Source of the DNA: Mobula hypostoma
Lineage: Eukaryota
NCBI RefSeq assembly: GCF_963921235.1
Contig: NC_086097.1
Location: 33,234,001 to 33,298,000, forward strand
Direction of reading: 5' to 3'
DNA length: 64,000 nt
Part shown: piece after piece, positions 12,634 through 24,995 of the stretch
Position numbering within the stretch: the first letter of the stretch is position 1
How the letters are laid out: each line of letters opens with the position of its first letter
The notes under the pieces: model-generated
Seen by the model: only the letters and a program-made list of their open reading frames with translations
Databases searched by the model: none
What the model was told of the DNA's origin: nothing
Translations under genes and position numbers: made by a program

Positions 12634-12918
12634 TAAGATTTTTTTTATTTGTCACATGTACATCAAAACATACAGTGAAATGCATTGTTCTGTCAACGAC
12701 CAACACAGTCCAAGGATGTGCTGGGGGAAGTGCGCAGGTGTCTCCATACTTCTGGTGCCAACATAGCATGCTCACAATTTATTAATCTTAACCCATGCAT
12801 CTTTGGAATGTGTAGGGAAAACATACAAACTCCTTACTGATTGCGTTGGGAATTAAATCCCGATTTTACAACTAGTGCTGTGAAATGTTACACTAAGCGC
12901 TGTGCTACCATGCCACCC
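12634..12918 (-). mobile_element. V-SINE-like SINE
   Basis: Reverse complement of the 8981-9270 family. Confidence 0.75.
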
Positions 12919-13099
12919 TATGATACCATGCATGGAAGGTCAGTACTTCTGCTGCTTGCCTCCTGCCCTGACTCCTCTTGAGTAGTTACATATTAAGGAA
13001 AGCAGCAGCTGATCTTTAACATAGCCAGCATTCTGCTCTGACCGGGATGTTCCACAAGGACAGGACTTACCTGGGCTTATCAGAACCCTGTAAGAACTG

Positions 13100-13378
13100 A
13101 AGGTCAAAACGCGAAGGTCAATTGTATGTCTCGAAGTCTAAACACAATGGCTGAAGCCTGGAAATTGGAGACTGGAGGCCCAGAAATGTGTCCTGAGGTT
13201 GGAGAACTGTCTGTGTGTGGGTCGGAGGGAGGAAATTGGCTTGTTTCGCTCTTGATGTTTTGGCACTGAAATGTGTGGCGGTACTTGTAAGGCTACCCCC
13301 TTAGGTACGTTGATTGTTAAAGCAAACGGCATATTTGTTTGAATGTACATGTGATAAATAAATCTGAATTCATTCTGA
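13100..13378 (+). repeat. Unclassified non-autonomous repeat with SINE/Rex-type tail
   Basis: Similar to 17290-17672; ends gtacatgtgataaataaatctgaat. Confidence 0.5.
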
Positions 13379-13614
13379 AACAGCTGTTGCTTTCATATAG
13401 ACAAGAGAGTGTGCAGATGCTGAAAGTCTGGAGCAATACACAAAGGAACTGGAGGAGCTCAATGTGTCAAACAGGGAAACGGACAGATGAAGGGTCTCAG
13501 CGCAAAATATTGATTCCAAATGAGAGAAAATCTGCAGATGCTGGAAATCCGAGCAAAACACACAAAATGCTGGAGGAACTCAGCAGGCCAGGCGGCATCT
13601 ATGGAAAAGAGTAC

Positions 13615-13650
13615 AGTTGACGTTTCAGGCCGAAACCCTCCAGCAGAACT
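13615..13650 (-). ncRNA. Hammerhead variant (CUGC core), degenerate
   Basis: AGUU CUGCUGG A GGGU UUCG GCCU GAAACGUC AACU. Confidence 0.5.
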
Positions 13651-14617
13651 GGAGAAAAAAAATCTGAGGTGTAGATTTAAAAGGTGGGGGAGGAGAGAGA
13701 GGAACACAAGTTGATAGGTGGAACCTGAAGGGGGAAGGATGAAGTAAAGAGCTGGGACGTTGATTAGTGAAAGAGACAGAAGGCAATGGAAGTAAGAAAA
13801 GGGGTGGAGCTCTAGAGGGAGGCGATGGGTGGGCAAGGAGATAAGGTGAGAGAGGGAAAACGGGATGGGAAATTGTGAAGGAGAGGAGGGGTGGGGGGCA
13901 TCACCGGAAGTTTGAGAAATTAATGTCCAAGCCATCAGGCTTGAGGCTCCCAAAGCAGAATATAAGGTGTTGCTCCTCCAACCTAAGTGTGGCCTCATCA
14001 CGACAGTATCGGAATGAGAATGGGAAGTAGAATTAAAATGGATGGCCATTTGGAGATCCTGCTTTTTCTGGTGGAGCGTAGGTGCTTAGCGAAGTGGTCC
14101 CCCAAACTACGTCGAGTTTCACTGATAAACAGGAAGCCACATCAGGAGCACCGGACACAGTATATGATCTCAACAGTCTCACAGTCTCACCTGGAAGGAC
14201 TGTTTAGGGCCCTGAATGGTACTAAGTGTTACGCCTGCCCCCTACACCTCCTCCCTCGCTACTGTCATGATGAGACCACACTTAGGTTGGAGGAGCAACA
14301 CCTTATATTCCGTTTTGGTAGCCTCAAGCCTGATGGCATGAGCATCAATTTCTCAAACTTCAGTGATGCCCCCCACCCCTCTCTTCTTCACCATTTCCCA
14401 TCGCCTTTTCCCTCTCTCACTTTATCTCGTTGCCTACCCATCTCCTGCTTCTGGTGCTCCTTCCCCCTGTTCTTTCTTCCATGGCCTTTTGTCTCTTTCA
14501 CCAATCAACTTCCCAGCTCTTTACTTAATCCCGCCCCCTTCTAATTTCACCTATCACTTTGTGTTTCTCTCTCCCCACCTTCCACCTTTTAAATCTACTC
14601 CTCGGCTTTTTTTTTCC

Positions 14618-14653
14618 AGTCCTGCCGAAGGGTTTCGGCCCGAAACATCGACT
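14618..14653 (+). ncRNA. Hammerhead variant with A6C core
   Basis: AGUC CUGCCGA A GGGU UUCG GCCC GAAACAUC GACU. Confidence 0.6.
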
Positions 14654-15166
14654 GCACTCTTTTCCATAGATGCTGCCTGGCCTGCTGAGTTCCTCCAGCA
14701 TCTTGTGTGTGTTGCCCACATTTTTGATTGTCCATTCCCCTCCACAGATGCTACTTGATGTGCTGAGTTCCTCCAGCTCCTTTGTGGGTTGCACTGATTT
14801 TGTGGCCCTTGTGGTTTCAAGTTCCATTTGAACTGCTACAAAGCAGGCTATCCTATCAGAAAGCCAGGGCAAAGATCCAGTCCAGACCATGTACAGAAGT
14901 ACCAGCCCTTTCATTTCAACCATTGGTATCCGGTGGTTCAGCTGAGATTTCAGGACTTTGCTTCAGCTTTTACAGTATTTACTGTAATGTGGCCATACAA
15001 TTTTTTATTCAAATAATTGATAGGTGATAATATTCTCATGTTGTTTGGAACATAAGTTCCTCATCATGTGATTCATTGTCACTGGCTCCCTAATAAGTGC
15101 GTCAGCAAGAAATGTCCCATTCATTTCCTCTCTTCCCCCATAGCCCAAATTCACTGCTGGTTCATG

Positions 15167-15700
15167 AGATCATAAGACATAAGAGCAGAATTGGGCCATT
15201 TAGCCCATTGAGTCTGCTTCACTGTTCGATCATGGCTGATTTATTTTGTTTTTCAACCCCATTTTCCTGCCTTCTCCCCATAACATTTGATGCTTTTATG
15301 AATCAGCATAATAGTGTAACACTAAGGAGGGGCAGTGACAAAATGATCTAGATCATAAAACTACAAGACATTGGCCCATCAGGTTCATTCCACCATTCTA
15401 TTATGGCTGTCAACCCCATTCCTCTACCTTCTCCCCGTAATCTTGGATGCCGTTATTATTCAAGAACCTGTCAAACTCCACTTTAAATGTACCCAATGAC
15501 TTGGCCTCCACCACCATCTGTGGCAATGAAGTGCACAAATTTACCTCCCTCGCTGGCCAAAAAAAATCCTCCTCATCTCTGTTCTAATGAGATGTTCTTC
15601 TATTCTGAGGCTATGCCCTCTGCTCCCAGACTCCTCCACTATTGGAAACATCCTCTCCACGTCCACTCTATCTAGGCACTTAACTATTCGGTAGGCTTCC
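15167..15700 (-). mobile_element. Two CR1 3' end fragments (second CR1 family)
   Basis: cataagac tail; similar to 33555-34397 and 53580-54170. Confidence 0.75.
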
Positions 15701-16569
15701 AAGCCTTTTCTGTTTGTATCCGCAGTTTCTGGCTCAGAGCTGAGGGCACGGTCACACAGTTATGGCTTATTCTCTGCCACTTTTCCATTCACACTGATCT
15801 TGCCGTGGCCCCCAGGTCCTCTTCCAGTCCGAAACCCTGTGTCAAACGGCCGGCAAACCTCCCCAGAGCCACACACTTTGCCATGCAGTGTTGGCAGTTC
15901 ATTATACATCTACCCCACACCCCCTCCCTTTCATTCTGCCGATGTGTACAATAGGACATAGTTTCAACATGCTGAACAATTTAAAAGGAATGAACCTGGT
16001 TAAATTCTTGTGATTTTGAAAAAGTTGTTCATTTTTGGCGAGAATTCATCGTCTGAAGCACTCGTGTCTGGTTTGTTTAAAAGTTTCACATTCGGAAAGA
16101 AATAAGATATCCCAGCTGAGCTCTCAGCTCTCAGCTCTACATTGCATTGCTGTTACCCTGCTTATAGTGATCTCATCCATCTGCATGTGTGTGGGTCTTA
16201 TTACTGTGAGTCTGGTTACCCACACTTTTACCAGTGGCTTTGTGAGTGTGCAAGGATAGTATAATTATGCACAGAAGGAGGCTGCACAGCCCATTGTAGA
16301 TCAATCTTTTCAGTCATTCTGCATCCTTCTGTTACCTATTCAACTTTGGAAAAGCTGTCCTCACTTCCATCATACTCATGGCACAGATAATGGCAGTGCA
16401 GGGGCCTTGACTACTGATGGATGAAGGGACTGAGTACATGGTAGTCAGACTTACTCGGGTATAAAAATAAAAAAGGTAGCAAGTTGTGAGGGGGACACAG
16501 AGGAATGAAGTGTGGTTGATAGACTGTAATGTAGGAAAATGCGAGGTCATCCACTTCAGTAGGAAAAAG

Positions 16570-17100
16570 CAGCTTCAAGTTCCTGAGCGTCTCTGAAGAT
16601 CTGTCCTGGGCTCAACATATTGATGCAGTCATGAAGAAGAGCATGCCAGCAGTTATATTTCATTCGGAGTTTGAGGAGATTTGGTGTGTCATCAAAGGCT
16701 TCAGTAAATTTCTACAATGCATCATGGAGAGCATTCTAGCTGGCTGCATCACTGTCTGGTATGGAGGGGCCAATGTACAGGAACGGGAAAACCTCCAGTG
16801 GGTTGTAGACCCAGGCAGCTCCATCATGAACAGTAGCCTCCCCAGTATTGAGAACATCTTCAAAAGGCAGCATCCATCATTAAGGACTCGTATCACTTAG
16901 AACACGCCCTCTTCTCATTACTACCATCAGGGAGAAAGTGCAGGCGCCTGAAGACACTTGAAAGTTTTAGGAACAGCATCTTCCTCTGATTTCTGAACAG
17001 CTCATGAAACTTTTTTGTTCTTTTTTTGCACTATACTACTACCACAAAACCACAAATTTCATGACATATTTTAGTTATAATAAACCTTATTCAAATTCTG
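16570..17100 (+). mobile_element. Rex1/Babar 3' fragment nested among CR1 remnants
   Basis: ESILAGCITVWYG motif; aataaac...ttctga tail. Confidence 0.85.
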
Positions 17101-17289
17101 AAAATGATAAGGAAAATTATTAATTTTATCACAGTGCATTCAAAATATGTGGTGGCTCAGAGTGATTTAGGGTCCCACTAGCTAAAACAGGCGAGGCCAC
17201 ATCTGGAATATTGTATCCAGTTTTAGTCGCCACACTATAGGAAGGATGTTATTGCTCTACAGAGGGTGCAGAGGGGATTTTCCAGGATC

Positions 17290-17672
17290 AGAATCGATCA
17301 GAAGTCCAGTCAAGGCCAGATGGCTGGAGCCCCAAGTCTGTGAATCTGTTGGGGAAGTCAACGCCCCAATGTCTACAAATCCGCAAGTTTGCTAGAGGCA
17401 GGATGCTGAAGACGCCCTGTTGTTAGAGGACTGTGCGTGGCTGGGTGGGAAGAATGGGGCTTGTTTTGCTGTTGCTGCTTTGTTGCTTGGTATGTTCTGT
17501 TTTGTTCTGCTAAGCATTGTGGGCATGCTGAGTTGGCACTAGAATGTGTGGCGACAATTTTGAGCTGCCCCCAGCACATCCTTAGGTTTATTGGTTGTTA
17601 ACACAAGCGGCACATTTCACTGTATGTCCTGATGTACATGTGATGAGTAAACTTGAATCTGAATCTGAGTCT
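17290..17672 (+). repeat. Unclassified non-autonomous repeat (family of 13100-13378) inserted in a CR1 remnant
   Basis: Shared ggcttgttt.gct.ttg block and SINE-like 3' half; (gaatct)n tail. Confidence 0.55.
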
Positions 17673-17939
17673 GATGTTGTCTCAGTCATGAGGAGAGAAT
17701 GAATAGGCTGCATTTGTTTTCCTTGCAATGGAGGAGGCTGGGAGAGGGATGGTTGTTTTCAGTGCCTGGGTTGATGCTGGATAGCTTGTTTTAACACTTT
17801 TAGTTGTGATGGGCCAAATGACAAGCTGCGGTATTTCAGGGTTTGGAGTCATATCAGGCTCGAGTAGGTAAGATGAGTTTTGGCAATTCTGATTGTTTTC
17901 AATACTGAAAACAGCTTTTGTATATTAAATAAAGTCTGA

Positions 17940-18208
17940 CATAGTAGCATAGCAGTCGAGGATCAATTCATGCTGCTGTCTGTAAGAAGTTTGTATGTGG
18001 ATTTCCTCCGGGTGCTCCAGTTTTCTGCCACATTTTAAAGCCATATGGTGAAAGTTAGTAAATTGTGGGCATGCTATGTTGATGCAGGAAGTGTGTGACA
18101 CTTGCGGTCTGCCCAGCATAAACCTCACTGATATGATTTGATGCAATCGAAACATTTCACTGTATGCTTCAATGTTTCAATGTACATGTGACAAGGACAG
18201 CTAATCTG
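17940..18208 (+). mobile_element. V-SINE-like SINE
   Basis: tcctccgggtgctccagtttt core; tacatgtgaca tail. Confidence 0.75.
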
Positions 18209-18768
18209 TTAAAAGTCTCTATCTCTTAAAAAAAAGAGTCCAGATTATTTATTCAATTGAACTTAATTTTGTAGTTGCCCTGTAGTATGTGTGTTTGTGT
18301 GTGTAGAGCTGCATGTATGTGTAACTGAAACATAGAGGAACCTTCACAAACTCCCACAGTCCCCAATGGCCCTACGATTTCAGTCTCTGAGGCCGACATG
18401 AAAACATCTTTCAGGAGGGTGATCTCATGGAAAGCATTCAGCCCAGATGGGATACCTAGCGGAGTACTAAAGACCTTTGCTGATCAACTGGCTTGAGTGT
18501 TCACTGCTATCTTTAACCACTTGCTTCAGCAGTCTGAGGTACCTACCTGCTTCAAGCAGGCTTCAATTGTATCGGTGCCTAAGAAGAATATACAAGTATA
18601 AGAGCACTTACATCCACTGTGATGAAGTGCCTTGAGAGTTTGCTGAAACATATCAACTCCTGCCTGAGAAGCGACTTGGGTCCACTCTAATTTGCCAACT
18701 GCCACAACAGGTTCACAGCAGATGCCATTTCATTTAACCCTGGAAAATCTGGACAGCAAAGATACATA

Positions 18769-18893
18769 GCAACACACATAAAAGTTGCTGGTGAACGCAG
18801 CAGGCTAGGCAGCATCTGGCCTGCTGTGTTCACCAGCAACTTTTATGTGTGTTGCTTGAAATTCCAGCATCTGTAGATTTCCTCATGTTTGCG
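18769..18893. mobile_element. 125-bp fold-back PLE mini-insertion
   Basis: Hairpin 18769-18855 plus PLE tail; exact 14-bp TSD AGCAAAGATACATA (18755-18768, 18894-18907). Confidence 0.9.
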
Positions 18894-19184
18894 AGCAAAG
18901 ATACATACATCAGGATGCTCTTCATCGACTATAGCTTGGCATCCAATACTATAATCTCCTCAAAACTAATCAATAAGCTTCAGGACCTTAGCCTCAATAC
19001 CTCTTTGTGCAATTGGATCCTCGATTTTCTCTTGTGCAAACTTCAGTCAGTTCGGATTGGCAACAGCATCTCATCTACCAACTCCATCAGCTTAGGTGGA
19101 CCACAAGATTGTGTGCTTGGTCCTTTGCTCTACTCACTTTATACTTATGACTGTGAGGCTTAGAACAGCTGACGGTTCTTAATC

Positions 19185-20850
19185 AATACTTTGCTTTAGT
19201 ATTCACTATGGAAAATGACCTTGGCGATTGTAGGGATGACTTGCAGCGATCTGAAAAGCTTGACCATGTAGACATTAAGAAAGGATGCGCTGGAGCTTTT
19301 GGAAAGCATCAAGTTGGATAATTCACCAGGACCGGACAAGATATACCCCGGGCTATGGTGGGAGATGAGGGACGAGATTTCTGAGCCTCTGATAATGATC
19401 TTTGCATCATCAGTGGGGACGGGAGAGGTTCTGGAGGATTGGAGTGTTGTGGATGTTGTTCCCTTATTCAAGAAAGGGAGTAGAGATAGCCCAGGAAATT
19501 ATAGATCAGTGCGTCTTACTTCAGTGGTTGGTAAGTTGATGGAGAAGATCCTGAGAGGCAGATTTATGAACATTTGGAGAGGCATAATATGATTAGGAAT
19601 AGCCAGCATGGCTTTGTCAAAGGCAGGTCGTGCCTGACGAGCCTGATTGAATTTTTTGAGGATGTGACTAAACACATTGATGAAGGTAGAGCAATAGATG
19701 TAGTGTATGTGGATTTCAGCAAGGCACTTGAGTAAGGTACCCCATGCAAGGCTTATTGAGAAAGTAAGGAGGCATGGAATCCAAGGAGACCTTGCTTTGT
19801 GGATCCAGAATTGGCTTGCTCACAGAAAGCAAAGAGTGGTTGTAGACAGGTCATATTCTGCATGGAGGTTGGTGACCAGTGGTGTGTCTCAGGGATCTGT
19901 TCTGGGACCCCTACTCTTTGTGATTTTTATAAATGACCTGGATGAGGAAGTGGAGGGATGGGTTAGTAAATTTGCTGATGACACAAAGGTTGGGGGCGTT
20001 ATGGATAGTGTGGAATGATGTCAGAGGTTACAACGGGACATTGATAGGATGCAAAACTGGGCTGAGAAGTGGCAGATGGAGTTCAACCCAGATAAGTGTT
20101 AGATGGTTCATTTTGCTAGGTCAAATATGATGGCAGAATATAGTATTAATGGTAAGAATCTTGGCCTTGTGGAGAATCAGAGGGATCTTGGGGTCCGAGT
20201 CCATAGGACACTCAAGGCTGCTGCACAGGTTGACTGTGTGATTAAGAAGGCATACGATGTATTGGCCTTCATCAATTGTGGGATTGAGTTTAAGAGCCAA
20301 GAGGTAATGTTGCAGCTATATAGGTCAGATCCCACTTGGAGTACTGATCAGTTCAGGTCACCTCACTACAAGAAAGATGTGGAAACTATAGAAAGGGTGC
20401 AGAGGTGATTTACAAGGATGTTGTCTGGATTGGAGAGCATGCCTTATGAGAATAGGTTTAGTGAACTCGGCCTTTTCTCCTTGGAGCAATGGAGGATGAG
20501 AGGTGACCTGATAGAGGTGTATAAGGTGAAGAGAGGTATTGATCGTGTGAATAGTCAGAGGCTTTTTCCCCAGGGCTGAAATGGCTAACATGAGAGGGCA
20601 CAGTTTTAAGGTGTTTGGAAGTAGGTAGAGGAGATGTCAGGGGTAAGTTTTATATGCCGGGAGTGGTGAGTGCACGTAATGGGCTCTTATAAGAGCCCAT
20701 CTCTTATAAGAGATTCCTGGATAGGTACATGGACCTCAGAAAAATAGAGGGCTATTTGTAACCCTAGGTAATTTCTAAAGTAAGTACATGTTGGGCACAT
20801 CATTGTGGCCTAAGGGCCTGTATTGTGCTGTTGGTTTTCTATGTTTCTAT
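19185..20850 (+). mobile_element. CR1 LINE, 5'-truncated (RT + 3' UTR)
   Basis: [32 protein letters not shown]; ttctatgtttctatg tail. Confidence 0.95.
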
Positions 20851-21804
20851 GACAATACCACTGTCGTTGGCCGAATCAAAGGTGGTGATGAATCAGCATA
20901 CAAGGGTTGAGATTGAAAATCTGGCTGAGTGGTGCCACAACAATAAATGTCAGCAAGACCAAAAAACTGATTATTGAGTTCAGGAGGAGGAAACCGAAGA
21001 TCCATGGGCCAGTCCTCATCGGGGGAATCAAAGGGTCAGCAACTTTAAATTCTCGGTTTTATCATTTCAGTGGATTTGTCCTGGGTCCAGCATTATGAAG
21101 AAAGCATGGTAGCATCTACTTCCTTAGAAGTTTGTGAAGACTCGTTATGACATCTAAAACTTTGACAAACTTCTATAAGTGTGTGGTGGAGAATATATTG
21201 ACTGGATGCCTGGTATGGAAACACCAATGCTCTTTAATGAAAAATCCTACAGAAAGGAGTGGATACAGGCCGGTCTATCACGGGTAAAGCCTTCCCTACC
21301 ATTGAGCATATGTACACAGAGTGCTGCCACAGGAAAGTAGAATCCATCATCAGGGGCTGCAGCCCTCCAGGTCATGCTCTGTTATTGCTGCTGCCATCAG
21401 AAAGAAGGTATAGAAGCCTCAGGACGCACAGCAGCCCTTTCAAGAACAGTAATTGCTCCTCAGCCATCAGGCTTTTGAACCAGTGGGGATAACTTCACTC
21501 ATCATCACTTGCCCCATCATGAACTATTCCCACAACCTATGGACTTCCGAGGACTCTTCATCTCATTTTCTCGATATTTATTGCTTATTTTATTATTATT
21601 ATTACTTTTTTTCTTTCTCTTGTGTTTGCACAGTTGTTTTTTGCACACTTGTTGTCTGCCCTGTCGGTGCTGTCTTTTGTATTTCTTGCATTTACTTTTT
21701 ATGCCCCAAAGAAAATGAATCTTATGTTTGTATATGGTGACATGCAGTATATATACTTTGATAATAAATTTACTTTGAACTTTAAACTTTTGACCTTTGA
21801 AATC

Positions 21805-22065
21805 TATCTATTGCTGTCACATGCCACAAGATACAGTGAAAAGCTTGTCTTGCATTGTTTTTGTACTGATCAAATCATTACACAGTGCATTGAGGTAGAA
21901 TAAGGTAGAACGATTGTAATGCAGGATAAAGTGCAATAAGTGCAGTGCATAAAGCACAAGATCACAACAAGATAGATTGTGAATCCAAGACTCTATCTTA
22001 TTGTACAGAAGGTCTATTTAAGAGTCTGATAACAGTGGAGTAGAAGCTGAAGCTGTCCTTGAAAT
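21805..22065 (-). mobile_element. Rex1/Babar-type 3' UTR fragment
   Basis: Same family as 31085-32640 and 57184-57670. Confidence 0.6.
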
Positions 22066-22239
22066 TGGGACTATGTTTATTAGATTTTAGGAGCCTGAGA
22101 GGTGAACTTACAGAGGTGTATAAAATCATTAGGTGCAATGATAGTGTGAATGCACCGAAGTCTTTTTCTCTGGACTGGAGAATTTAGGATTGAGGGCTAG
22201 GTTTAAAGTGAAAGGGGAGAGATTTAATCAGGATTAAGC

Positions 22240-23890
22240 AGAGGAGATTTGGTGCATGTACAAATGGCCCGGGTGCGAGGTTGGGTCGCTCTGGGCGCTA
22301 AGCTGATTTGAAGAGCTTGAGAATGGCTTCGGGCTGAGCAACGAAATCTGGACCCAGAGAATATTGTTGGGCAGCCCGGAGCCTTTCACAGCAGCAATGC
22401 CCAAGTCCTACTGCAAGGTATGATTCGCTGTTTAAAGCATTTAAACATTGGCACTGGTTAGAGGTGAGAGCCAAATTTCACTTGCTCTCCACGATGGTCA
22501 CTCCTCTCTCCAGGGCGCCAGAGTCTTTTGCTGTTGGTTGTTTAGTCAATTTAAACACCAGCCCAGATAGACTGAAAAGACAGGGTGTCAGGATCCGAGG
22601 CAAGAGCCGACTTTGCTTGTTCTCCACGATGGTCACTCCTCTCTCCATGGTGCTGAGATGCTGAAGGCTGCCCCAACTGTTGTGCTCTATGCCCACTAAT
22701 ATGATGAACTGATGAGCTAGGTTTTGGGCCTACTCAGGACTGCTTTGGGGTGCAGATCAGAGGACTCGGAGTTTTGGTTCGGAGTGCTGTTGTTTGTTTC
22801 AATTGTTTGCATGATTTTTTTTTCTTCATTCTCTTGTGCATTGACTGTTGGTCTTTTATTTTCAATTTTATTCTCTTTTTTCTTTAAGTCAAGTGAAGTT
22901 TATTGTCATTTAACTACATACATGTATATAATGTATATAGAAACAAGACGTTTCTTTCAGCCAGAGTATAAAACACATAACACACAATAACTTATGAAGT
23001 TAAGGATAAAATCTACAGTTGAATCACATATAAATAACAAACTAAAGTGCATTAATATTAAATATTGTAAGGTATGGAACAGATTAACCAGTGGCACTTC
23101 AAATACGATGTGGCTGGGAGTTCAGAAGCCTAATGGCCTGGGGTAATAAATGTTTCTCATCCTGATTATTCTTGTTTTTATGCATCGTCGTCTCCAGCCT
23201 GATGGTAGATAGTCAAAGAGGATGCTTGATGGATAGGTGGGATCCTTAATAATACTATGGGCCCTGCAAATGCAGCGCTCCTGATAAATACCATGATGGA
23301 TGGTAGGGAGATCCCTATGATCCTCTCAGCTGTTCTCACAGCCCTTTGGTGCAATAGTCCGATGCTCAACTGCTCCCATTCTAGATGGAAATGCAACTTG
23401 TCAGGATGCTCTCAGTGGTGCTCCTGTAAAACACAGTTAAGATGGGAGGTGGGAGCCTTGCTTGCCTCTGTCTTCTTAGGAAGAAGAGGCACTGCTGTGC
23501 CTTCTCGTTCAAGGAGGTGATATTAAGGGACCAGGTAAGATCACCTGTGATGTGAACTCCCAGGAGCTTGGTGCACTTAACTCTGTCAACAGAGGAGCCA
23601 TATATTTGCAGAAGGGGATGGATTGTCTGCACCTTCCTGAAGTCCACAATAATTTCCTTTGTCTTCTCCACATTCAGGCTTAGGTGGTTCTTCTAACACC
23701 AATCCACCTGCCGCTTCACTTCCTCTCTGTACTCTGTCTCATCATCGTTCTTGATAAAGCCAACCACTGTTATGTTTAATTGGGTTCTTTCAGGTTTCTT
23801 GCTTTGTGGCTACCTCTGAACGAACAAATATCAGGGTTGCACAATTTATACACTCTTTGATAATAAATGTACTTGAATCTTGAATCTTGA
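22240..23890 (+). repeat. Unclassified non-autonomous element with internal duplications and LINE-type tail
   Basis: Similar to 59975-61250; duplicated cttgctctccacgatggtcactcctctctcca block; tail ttgataataaatgtacttgaatcttgaatcttga. Confidence 0.55.
22886..23772 (-). mobile_element. Rex1/Babar 3' fragment
   Basis: KTKEIIVDFRK, LGVHITGDLTWS, ESILTSCIS; (tcaag)n tail. Confidence 0.9.
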
Positions 23891-24144
23891 GAATCTGAGA
23901 GGGACTGAGGTGCTAGATTAAGTGGTGATGCCATTAACAACATTTAAAAGGCACTTGGACAGCAACATACGTGGTTTAGAAGGACGTGGGCCAAACACAG
24001 GCTAGGCCCACTGCTGCTGTGCTGCCTATCATATGAACTAGAACTTGCGGCAACTTGCCTGGTAGGTCTTTGACTTGACAGGTGGGCCTGCAAGAGCCCC
24101 TTGCAATAAACCAGACTGTACAAGGACAGATTCAACCAGCACTT

Positions 24145-24995
24145 TCAGTCCTGGTACAGGGTCTCAGCCCCTAACACCAACAATTCCTTGGCAACACAAA
24201 TGCTGGAGGAACTCAGCAGGTCAGACAGCTTCAATGGAGGGGAATAAACAGGATTTTGGGCTAAGATATTTCATTGGGACTGGAAAGGAAAGGGGCAGAA
24301 AGGTTGTTGGGGGGGTGGGGGAAGGAATAAGGAATACAAGCTGTTAGGTTATAGGTGAGACAAGGTGAGCAGGAAAGTGGGTGGGTGGGAGAGAGGGAGT
24401 GAAGTAAGAAGCTGGAAGGTGATAGGTAGAAGAGGTAAACAACTGAAGAAGAAGGAATCTAAGGATTGGAAAATGGACTGGGAGAAACAGAAGGAGGTGG
24501 GGAACTAGAGGGAAGAGGTGGGCAGGTGAGGAGAAGAGAAGGGGTAAGAGGGGAAGCAAAATGGGGAATGGAAAAGAGGGAGGTGGAGAAATGTTCAGAA
24601 GTTAGAGAAACTGATGTTGAAAGCTACCCAGACAGACTATGAAGTGTTGCTCCTCCAACCTGTGAGAGGCCTCATCATGGCAGGAGAGGAGGCCATGGAC
24701 CAACTCGTCAGAATGAGAATGGAAAGCACAATTAAGAAGGGTGTGGCCACCGGGAAACCCTTCCTGTAATGGCGGGTGGAGCAAAGGTGCTCAATGAAGT
24801 CTGTGTTGGGTCTCACTGATGTAGAAGAGACTGCACCAGGAGCATCAGATACAGTAGATGACCCCAACATACTTTTAGGTGAAGTGCTTGGGGATTGACA
24901 ATTGTTTGACAATTCCTTTGCCCCACAGATGCATTTCGACTCGACGAGTTCCTTCAGCAGATAGTGTCTTCTTCCAGATTCCAGTGCCAGAAGTC
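24145..24995. mobile_element. Old PLE terminal repeat (+) split by a PLE 3' end (-, 24190-24885)
   Basis: Degenerate hammerhead at 24145-24180; ACAATTCCTT repeated at 24180-24189 and 24909-24918; RLEEQHFI on the minus strand. Confidence 0.75.

Larger units (their letters stand above)
13517..14716. mobile_element. Inverted pair of PLE 3' ends (GIY-YIG remnant + terminal repeat)
   Basis: 13517-14220 minus and 14240-14716 plus; RLEEQHLIFR motif; hammerhead motif in each arm. Confidence 0.9.
13405..14800. mobile_element. Old fold-back PLE terminal element, split by a younger PLE
   Basis: 13405-13515 (inverted arm + degenerate hammerhead) continues at 14722-14800. Confidence 0.55.
18340..21790 (+). 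mobile_element. Rex1/Babar LINE (RT + 3' end) with nested PLE hairpin and CR1
   Basis: [57 protein letters not shown]; aataaatttactttgaac tail. Confidence 0.9.
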
